Shown here: positions 55,281-64,000 of the stretch, in pieces
Layout of the letters: every line of letters begins with the position of its first letter
Position numbering within the stretch: the stretch's first letter is position 1
NCBI RefSeq assembly: GCF_006345805.1
Contig: NC_043009.1
Coordinates: forward strand, 2,294,001-2,358,000
From: Octopus sinensis
Taxonomy: Eukaryota
DNA length: 64,000 nucleotides
Direction of reading: 5' to 3'
Notes under the pieces: generated by a model
Seen by the model: only the letters and a program-made list of their open reading frames with translations
The model's database searches: none
Told to the model about the DNA's origin: nothing
Position numbers and translations under genes: made by a program

Positions 55281-55518
55281 GGGAGGGTAAAGTTAATTAG
55301 TTATTAATCAAATTCACCAAGAATTCAGTATGTAAAGGGACCATTATTATTTTGAGTAAACAATGTTAGAGGGAAAAAATTCTCTAAGTAGTGGAAGAGG
55401 CTAAAAACCTTTATTGGCTGCTATTTCTAGAAAGTTTAGTAATTTATTTTATTTTACTAAGCCCCTAATATATAATATTATACATACATACACATACAAA
55501 AACACATACATTTACACG

Positions 55519-55549
<31 letters not shown>

Positions 55550-55551
55550 TA

Positions 55552-55597
<46 letters not shown>

Positions 55598-55601
<4 letters not shown>

Positions 55602-57555
55602 TTCGATCCTTCTTCCAGGAAATCTACGCTCCCAGCTTAGTTTTTCTAATGCTCGTTGCTTAGTTTTTCTAATGCTCGTTGCTTAGTTTTTCTTGGAGGG
55701 CTGGCCGTGATCTAGTAATCTCAAGATTAATCAGCCGAAATTACTACGATGATCCGGTTCTTGACTGAAGACTGAGGGTTTCGAATGTCCTGTCCGTGTT
55801 TATTGTATCGTCTTCTAAGAGTTATACGTTCTTGTCCATGTTGTATTTTTCTACATACCTTAACATATATTCCAGGCGCCACGTACCCTCTTAACATTAA
55901 TGTCAGCACATATTCTTAATAACTGGTACGACTCTTTGTTTGTCTCTCTCTCTCTCTCTCACTTTTACTTGATCTGTCCCTTCTCTCTCTACTCATCCTT
56001 TTTTCTCTTCTCTTTCCTCTGATTCTTTGGTCTAATCTTCCACTACCCTCCTATTCTTTGTCTCGCTCTGCACTCACAGGTCGCTCTTCGACACCATCCC
56101 TTCTCCTCTCTGATTCCTTCTTTCTCTCTCTTCTCACTCTTTGTCGCGTTTGCCCCTCCTCTCTCTCTCTCTTCCGTTGCTTCTCTTTCTTTTCTTTTCC
56201 TCTCTTCTCTGTCACGTGAATGCTGGCCGAAATCTGCCTTTCAGCTTCTGACCAGCGTCGTGTTAACATCGTTGTTTTTCGTCCGCCGCTATAGGCCATC
56301 GCCGATAAGGCTCCTTTCCTTGCGCCAGAGAGAAAAAATTTGTTTGCTTGTTATCAGTCGTAAGACACTTGTTGTTGTTTTCACCGGTAATGCTTCTGTA
56401 TTTCATGTTTCTGTATCCATTATTTTTTTGTTTTTTTATATTCGTCCCTTTTGCTGTCCTGGTGTCCGTATGCATTCGATCCTTCTTCCAGGAAATCTAC
56501 GCTCCCAGCTTAGTTTTTCTAATGCTCGTTGCTTAGTTTTTCTTGGAGGGCTGGCCGTGATCTAGTAATCTCAAGATTAATCAGCCGAAATTACTACGAT
56601 GATCCGGTTCTTGACTGAAGACTGGGGGTTTCGAATGTCCTGTCCGTGTTTATTGTATCGTCTTCTAAGAGTTATACGTTCTTGTCCATGTTGTATTTTT
56701 CTACATACCTTAACATATATTCCAGGCGCCACGTACCCTCTTAACATTAATGTCAGCACATATTCTTAATAACTGGTACGACTCTTTGTTTGTCTCTCTC
56801 TCTCTCTCACTTTTACTTGATCTGTCCCCTTCTCTCTCTACTCATCCTCTTTTTCTCTTCTCTTTCCTCTGATTCTTTGGTCTAATCTTCCACTACCCTC
56901 CTATTTCTTTGTCTCGCTCTGCACTCACAGGTCGCTCTTCGACACCCATCCCTTCTCCTCTCTGATTCCTTCTTTCTCTCTCTTCTCGCTCTTTGTCGCG
57001 TTTGTCCCTCCTCTCTCTCTCTCTTCCGTTGCTTCTCTTTCTTTTCTTTTCTCTCTTCTCTGTCACGTGACTGCTGGCCGAAATCTGCCTTTCAGCTTCT
57101 GACCAGCGTCGTGTTAACATCGTTGTTTTTCGTCCGCCGCTATAGGCATCGCCGATAAGGCTCCTTTCCTTGCGCCAGAGAAAAAATTTGTTTGCTTGTT
57201 ATCAGTCGTAAGACACTTGTTGTTGTTTTCACCGTTAAGCTTCTGTATTTCATGTTTCTGTATTCCATTTTTTTTTGTTTTTTTATATTCGTCCCTTTTG
57301 CTGTCCTGGTGTCCGTATGCATTCGATCCTTCTTCCAGGAAATCTACGCTCCCAGCTAGTTTTTCTAATGCTCGTTGCTTAGTTTTTCTTGGAGGGCTGG
57401 CCGTGATCTAGTAACCTCAAGATTAATCAGCCGAAATTACTACGATGATCCGGTTCTTGACTGAAGACTGGGGGTTTCGAATGTCCTGTCCGTGTTTATT
57501 GTATCGTCTTCTAAGAGTTATACGTTCTTGTCCATGTTGTATTTTTCTACATACC

Positions 57556-57559
<4 letters not shown>
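55598..57559 (+). mobile_element. A-B-A-B-A direct-repeat array (A about 245-268 bp TG...CA, B about 603 bp), non-coding, in (TA)n
   Basis: A at 55598-55865, 56471-56715, 57318-57559; B at 55866-56470, 56716-57317; near-identical copies. Confidence 0.9.
55699..55775 (+). ncRNA. Permuted hammerhead-like motif (copies at 56549-56625 and 57395-57471)
   Basis: Stem III TAGTAAT/ATTACTA, AUC triplet, stem I TCAAGA/TCTTGA, cores CTGAAGA and GAA all in catalytic register but in non-canonical order. Confidence 0.55.
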
Positions 57560-57612
<53 letters not shown>

Positions 57613-57627
57613 TATTATATATATTAT

Positions 57628-57666
<39 letters not shown>

Positions 57667-58450
57667 GTGCGTGCTGTGTGTACATGCATATGTATATATA
57701 TAAATATATATGTGACTAAATATATACCTATATGTATATACATACATGTATACATACATATATGCATATACATATATATATATATATGAGTGTGTGGATG
57801 TGCGTGTGTGTTTGAGAGAGAGAGAGAGTGAGAGAGAGAGACTGGTTGAATTCATATACTGACTCATCGTAGATGTGGCACAACTTATCACGTAACGGCC
57901 ATCAAAATGGAAATATTTAAATGTGTTCTATAGATGTAATAATCTTGTTTTGTGGTAACACCTCGCATTTTCAGTTCTGATCGATTTAAGGAATTATAAT
58001 TTTGTAGTGATGTGGTCTCACCCCACCCCCCACAGATTGTTATCATTCGTTGCTGCAACCGTAACGTTCCTGTTTTGTTGCATTTCAAAAATTTAATTGT
58101 CCCAGGTGCAATTCTTTTGTTTCTATGATGGTACAGAATAATGTGTAAGGAGTTGACTAATATTCCTAGCAGATAAATCAATCATGTGGTCGGTTCTTTG
58201 TTCGATCGATACAAGATGAAAACTTCTAAATGCTGACAAAATGTTCTTTTATTAATTATCGCTCTCTCAAGCCTGATTGATGGGCAGAATCGTTAGAGCG
58301 TTGGATAAAATGCCTTGCAGTATGTGACCATTTTATTCTTCCTAGCTGATAAATTATAGTGTCAGTCAAGTACTGGCATTGATATAATTGACTGTCAACT
58401 CCTTCCAAATTTCTGACCTTGTATCGAAGTTAACTGATGTCCTCTCTTCA

Positions 58451-58482
<32 letters not shown>

Positions 58483-58736
58483 CTTTTTCTCTCTCCCTTC
58501 CTCTTTCTCTTTCAATCTCTTATCCCGAACTTCTTTTTCGTAATTGTATACAATGACGGACTGACCCAAGGAAAGCTAGTTATCTTGAGAATAGTATCGA
58601 CCATCGTTTTCATACACTAAATGCACGATATCCTGTTAATGTACCATATATTTCATTACATACAAAATAATATATCTGTTATAGAAATATTAAAATTACT
58701 AAGTCTCTCTAAAGGAGATTACGGCAGCGTTACTGG

Positions 58737-58870
58737 ATATTAATAGTTATCGCCATACTAATATGGCAGTCTATAAAGAAGACTAAAGCTGTCGCTGATT
58801 AGCTCCAAGAGGCCGTCGCTTTAGTCTTATTTATAGACTGCCATATTAGTATGGCGATAACTATTAATAT
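58737..58870. mobile_element. Foldback MITE
   Basis: About 50-bp near-perfect inverted arms ATATTAATAGTTATCGCCATACTAATATGGCAGTCTATAAA. Confidence 0.85.
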
Positions 58871-59025
58871 ATATGTTATTTGTTGATATCATTCTCATAT
58901 ATTATTTTAACATTCCTTTCTGCTATAGGCAGAAGCCCTGAAATTTTGGGAGATGGGGATAATCGATTTCATTGTCCCTCGTGCTCAACTGATACTTATT
59001 TAGAATGACCCACAATTTTACTAGT

Positions 59026-59333
59026 GGAGGCACATGGCCTAGTGATTAGAGCAGCGGACTCGCGGTCGAGGGATCGCAGGATCGAATCTCAGACCGGCCG
59101 ATGTGTGTGTTTATGAGCGAAACACCTAAGCCCACCGAGGCTCCGACAGATGGTAATGGCGAACTTCTGCTGACTCTTTGGCCACAAATTTCTCTCACTC
59201 TTTCCTCATGCATCTTGCAGCTCACCTGCGACGGACCGGCGTCCTATTCAGGTGGGGTACCTATACGCCAAGGGAACCGGAAACCGGCCCTATGAGCCAG
59301 GCGTGGTTCGAGAAGGAAGAAACAACAACAACA
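59026..59333 (+). mobile_element. SINE family A, full length
   Basis: tRNA-like head, (AAC)n tail. Confidence 0.9.
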
Positions 59334-59680
59334 ATTTTACTAAAATCTTCACAGTCCTGTCTTTAGAAAGAAGAAATAACACCATTACTCATAAACTAAT
59401 TAAAGGGATAAAGGTTTTCTGATTAAGTCCTTCACATAATTAGTGAACAAATTTTTTTAAATGAGAAATCATAGTTCATATTTGTAACTCGTAAAATGTG
59501 TTTCTATAGTTACGGTGTTCGAATATATCAAAAGAACCACATACATAACACATTCAAGAAACAGCAAAACATGTGGCAATTATATTAAAACAAAAGGAGA
59601 TTGTGGATGTTAACACTGTCCAAATCACACAGAGTTAAAAAAAACTATTGTCATCATAATCACATAAAATTCAGAATACT

Positions 59681-60055
59681 GAGTGGATGTGTGTTAAGTA
59701 GCTTCATTACGAACCACGTGGTTCCGGTTTGAGTCCCACTGCGCGGCACCTTGGGCAAGTGTCTTCTACTATAGCCTGGGGCCGACCAAATCCTTGTAAG
59801 TGGATTTAGTAGACGGAAACTGAAAGAAGCCTGTCGTATATATGCACATATATATATATATATGTGTATTTGTCCCCCCCAACATCGCTTGACAACCGAT
59901 GCTGGTGTGTTTACGTTTACTTAGTGGTTCGGCAAAGAGGCCGATAGAATAAGTACTAGGCTTACAAAGAATAAGTCCTGGGGTAGATTTGCTCGACTAA
60001 AGGCGGTGCTCCAGTATGGCCACAGTCAAATGACTGAAACACTTAAAAGAGTAAA
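59681..60055 (+). mobile_element. CORE-type SINE (family C), full length
   Basis: GCACCTTGGGCAAGTGTCTTCTACTATAGCC resembles the CORE domain; CR1-like 3' tail. Confidence 0.9.
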
Positions 60056-60307
60056 TGAATACTCTTCAGAGTCAGCGATTTGTGCTATACTAGTGTATTT
60101 AATTCTATTTAATAATAATAGTGTATATAATTTAGTGGTGTATTAAGTTCAGAGTCACAGATTTGTGCTATACCAGTGTATTTAAAATAAATAGTAGAAG
60201 TGAAATGAATATCGATACAGTACGCCAGTAACTAAATCGAAGACTTGTATCATCGAAGACCTGTCTGCACAATGCTGCATAAGATGAATCAATGAGTGAT
60301 TAAAATA

Positions 60308-60857
60308 TTGGGATGTCCGGAAAGTTCGTGCCGATTTATAGTAGCTTAGCTTTCGACTTATTTTAGAACATGTTTGAGTCCATAAAATAGGATTTGACTA
60401 CACCTCCATTTAGAGCACATTTTAAGCTATCTTTTCGTGGAAGAAGGTTTATGTTCCTATAACCCTTTAAAATGGAAGATAAGAAAGTTCCTATTCGGCA
60501 CTTGATGCTTTGGGAACCAGACAAAAATTGCTGCAGTTCGGCTGTGATGCATCACCCCACCCTCCATATTCACCAGTTATTGCTCCTTCAGATTTCCACT
60601 TATTCAGGTCTCTGCAGAATAGTCTTAATGGTAAATATTTCAATTCCTTGGATGACGTAAAAATATACCTTGATGAATTCTTTACCATGAAACCACCTCA
60701 ATTCTGGGAAGAGGGTATTTTCAGGTTAGAGAGGAAAGATGGAGACACATTGTGCAACAAAATGGTTCATATTTGGTTAATTAAAAATGTAATGGCAAGT
60801 ATTTATTGACCTTTTTCTTTCATTTAAAAATCAGCATGACCTTTCCGGACAACCCAA
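60308..60857 (+). mobile_element. Internally deleted mariner (550 bp)
   Basis: TA-flanked TIRs TTGGGATGTCCGGAAAG / CTTTCCGGACAACCCAA; MEDKKVPIRHLMLW joined to HPPYSPVIAPSDFHLFRSLQN. Confidence 0.92.
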
Positions 60858-61754
60858 TATTTTTGCAGAAATATATATGAACTTCTACAACTTTCGATCT
60901 AACACAATCTATTTACTAAACGATTCAAAGACAGAGTTTATACGGCTCCCCACATAATTTCACAAACTTTTTTCAATAGAAAGAGACTTCATATCGCCCC
61001 GGAGTAAGAGAAATGTAGCATCTGGTGAAATAAGTTACCATACATAACTATATATTATATTTACCATGTGGAAAGCGAAATAATTTTGCATTAAAAAAAT
61101 AGTTTTAAGCGTAAAACGTTGAGGATGATCACAAAGTAAATACCTTATATGATAGGTTTACATAATGTGGGAAACCCTGAGTGTAAACAAAGTGAAAATA
61201 AAGTACACCTTCAAGAAACGAAGAGAGATGGAGAGTTAGAGTAAGAAATATAGATTAAAGAGCGAGCGTCATATTGATTTAGAACGTATGCCTACCTAAG
61301 TAACTCGAAATTGATTTCCTACATGGCTAAAAAGAGATATATTTAGAATATATATCCGCAGGTACGGAATGATGGTTTTCCAGAAATTGAATTTCAATAA
61401 AAAAAAAGTATGATGAGAGTTGACACACACTAAGACGTTTAATATTAAATTGCTTCTATTTTAGAAGGGATATTACATAAGTCATCACATTGAAACGCAA
61501 GCCATCCTAGAATGTCAGGAATTACGTAAAAATGCATTTTACATTATATATTCGATTACTTATGGTATGTGAGAACAAAAATGAAATTATGTAATTACCA
61601 TGCGTTCCTTAACATTTTTATCAATATACATAAAATAATTTGTCTTAGGGCAGTAACGTACATCTCAATTTAGGGAATTTATTTTTGGATTTAGTAAAGC
61701 CAAAATGAAAACATACTTGATGCTGACTGAATAAAAATGCTGTTACTGTGTATG

Positions 61755-61760
61755 TTATCA

Positions 61761-61825
<65 letters not shown>

Positions 61826-62012
61826 GTTGTTGTTGTTGTTGTTGTTGTTGCTGTTGTTGTTTTCATCATCATTATTATTATTATTATTATCATTATTATT
61901 ATCATCATTATTATTATTATCATTATTATTATTATCATTATTATTATCATCATCATTGATATTATTATTATTATTAATATTATTATTATTAATATTATTA
62001 TTATTATTATTA
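61755..62012. repeat. (ATT)n/(GTT)n/(ATC)n compound microsatellite
   Basis: Directly visible. Confidence 0.95.
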
Positions 62013-63007
62013 TATACAACTTGGACGGAATTAGTTAGACTGCATGATATATGCATTTTTTCAACAAAGCTTCGTTGATACCTTGTCAAAAGCGTTTGCT
62101 TAGCACCTGAGGATTTTTATGTAAGAAACCCCAGCGACACCTCATTTTGTAGTGTTCGTCAGTAAAACGTCAGGTTAGCATATTTTAAGCATTTTCAGGA
62201 GATCACAAACAGAAAAAAAAAACAAGAAAGTTCCCTAACATTATCACACGTCCAAATTTTTCTGTCTTTTTTTTTCAAAGTATATATTCTTCAGTTTAGC
62301 TGAAATAAGCTATTCGAAAATAACCTACACCACCACTGTCACAACCAACACACCACCATCATTATCACACCCACCCAATTACAACTGGCATCACCACCAG
62401 CCCCACTATCACCAAAACCACCACCACCACCACCTCCTCCTCCTCTCATCCTCCTCATTTAAGCTTTGGCCCTTCACTTAGCTGCATTCCCATCTGTCCC
62501 TTTTTCTGTTTCCGCCACCATCAATAGCATACACTTAATGTTGAGTATTTTTGGCTGTTTCTATGTATGCGCATATATGTGTATGTATCTATTATATATG
62601 TGAAAGTCTGTATACGCATACATATATGTATTTATATACGCATGTCATGCTTGCCAGTATATATCTACTACGCCTATTTTCACAAATTTTATTATTTACC
62701 AGCGTCAGCAACCACCATGATATATCGTCGCCAGCAATTGACTGTTATTTCACCGACTCCGGTAGGATGAAAAGCAAAGCTGACCTTTTCGGGATTTGAG
62801 CCCAACATGTAGAGATTCGGAGAAAATGTGGCGAAGCAGTTTTATTAAAATCCACGACATATAACCATATGCACATATAAAATACATGTCCATCATGTAT
62901 CTCTATCTTTCTCTCTGTATATATATATATAAATATACATACATACATACATATATAAATATATACGTATATATATACTTTATTTAAAGCAGCAGAAAAT
63001 TCAACAA

Positions 63008-63050
63008 AACTAGTTACTCTGAGTTTCCCGTTGCCGTTCATCGGACAGTT
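63008..63050 (-). ncRNA. Hammerhead-like motif, C4 variant, in a short (TA)n-flanked element
   Basis: AACTGT-CCGATGA-ACG-GCAA-CGG-GAA-ACTC-A-GAGT-A-AC(T)AGTT. Confidence 0.55.
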
Positions 63051-63059
63051 TTACTCCGG

Positions 63060-63111
<52 letters not shown>

Positions 63112-63135
63112 GAAAAAAGGTTTGAAAATGCAATT

Positions 63136-63196
<61 letters not shown>

Positions 63197-63251
63197 TTAA
63201 ATATATACATATATAAATATACATATATAAATATATAAATATATATATATG

Positions 63252-63293
<42 letters not shown>

Positions 63294-63332
63294 TAAATGA
63301 CTATATATATATATATAGATATAAATATATAT

Positions 63333-63386
<54 letters not shown>

Positions 63387-63866
63387 GTATGATATGTGAT
63401 TTTATACAGGGATTAAAGAAACAGAGACAAGAAGTCAAGTTTGTTTCATGCTGGGACGTTCCAGTATACGCATGGCTTTGCACTCACAACAGGTTCTTTC
63501 CTTAGGTTCTAGTTTTCTGCTGTCTTATATAAAATCGGCATAGAAATAGCAAAGTTTAATTCTTTGTAAATGCAACAGGCTTGTCATTTACAATTTGGTT
63601 TTCCAAAACACCCAGTGGCATTACACAGTAAATGTTATCGCTTCACTGAGTTCGTAAGTTTTATTTTTAGAAAGGAAGTACCGGGGTAAATAACGATGGA
63701 TGCATTCATCCGTGCACATATTGTATAGCAGAATATCATAGAAAGAGAGCATTGTAAACATACAATGCTTTGACAAAGTCTTTCTTCCGGTCTGGAGATA
63801 ATGTATATGCATATATATATATATATTATATATATATATACAATATGTTACATTACTCGGTAGTCA

Positions 63867-63929
63867 AGATAAAACTCTGAGTTTCAGATGCCGAAGTAGA
63901 AATCCACAACACCATCTCTTCGGTTATCT
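63867..63929 (-). ncRNA. Hammerhead-like motif, C4 variant, long stem II
   Basis: AGATAA-CCGAAGA-GATG-(22 nt)-CATCT-GAA-ACTC-A-GAGT-T-TTATCT; 6-bp stem I. Confidence 0.65.
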
Positions 63930-64000
63930 GGCTATTTGAAAACGTTATGAAAAAATACCGTTAAATAAAGGGAAATTACTCTGTTATAACTCTGCTTGCC

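Noticed and set aside
53068-55300. Long ORFs (up to 462 aa) rich in H/T/I/Y or C/V/M/Y
   Set aside because: They are translations of (TA)/(CA)/(TACA) microsatellite; the same applies to similar ORFs at 12092, 22650, 29193, 39459 and 47663.
55598-57559. Interpretation as TRIM/LTR retrotransposon or CRISPR-like array
   Set aside because: There is no PBS or PPT adjacent to the TG...CA repeats and no 4-6 bp TSD; the spacers are identical, not unique.
60064-60184. Two ~37-bp near-identical segments 83 bp apart
   Set aside because: Only two copies; an ordinary local duplication, not an array.

Overview
AT-rich eukaryotic DNA, saturated with microsatellites and made up almost entirely of transposable-element debris. 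The SINE repertoire and (TA)n/(CA)n/(TACA)n load look like a cephalopod (Octopus-like) genome; this is inference only. I found no host protein-coding exon I can support, and most ORFs in the track are microsatellite translations. Recognisable elements are: a near-full-length Penelope-like element (RT plus GIY-YIG, Neptune-type, 18750-21815) and further PLE fragments; two CR1-type LINE remnants; R4/Dong-type RLE retrotransposon fragments; a full-length dead mariner (44206-45493) and several mariner deletion derivatives; Helitron-like non-autonomous elements; foldback MITEs; and at least four tRNA-derived SINE families. The most striking signal is RNA structure: about 15 hammerhead-ribozyme (HHR) motifs in several families of short non-coding elements embedded in (TA)n tracts. 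They include natural core variants (U3-A8, C4, CUGUAGA). They also include a hammerhead-like motif whose strands are in a permuted, pseudoknotted order, repeated in each direct repeat of an A-B-A-B-A array (55598-57559) that resembles a retrozyme. All folds were read by eye, and none was computed or tested.
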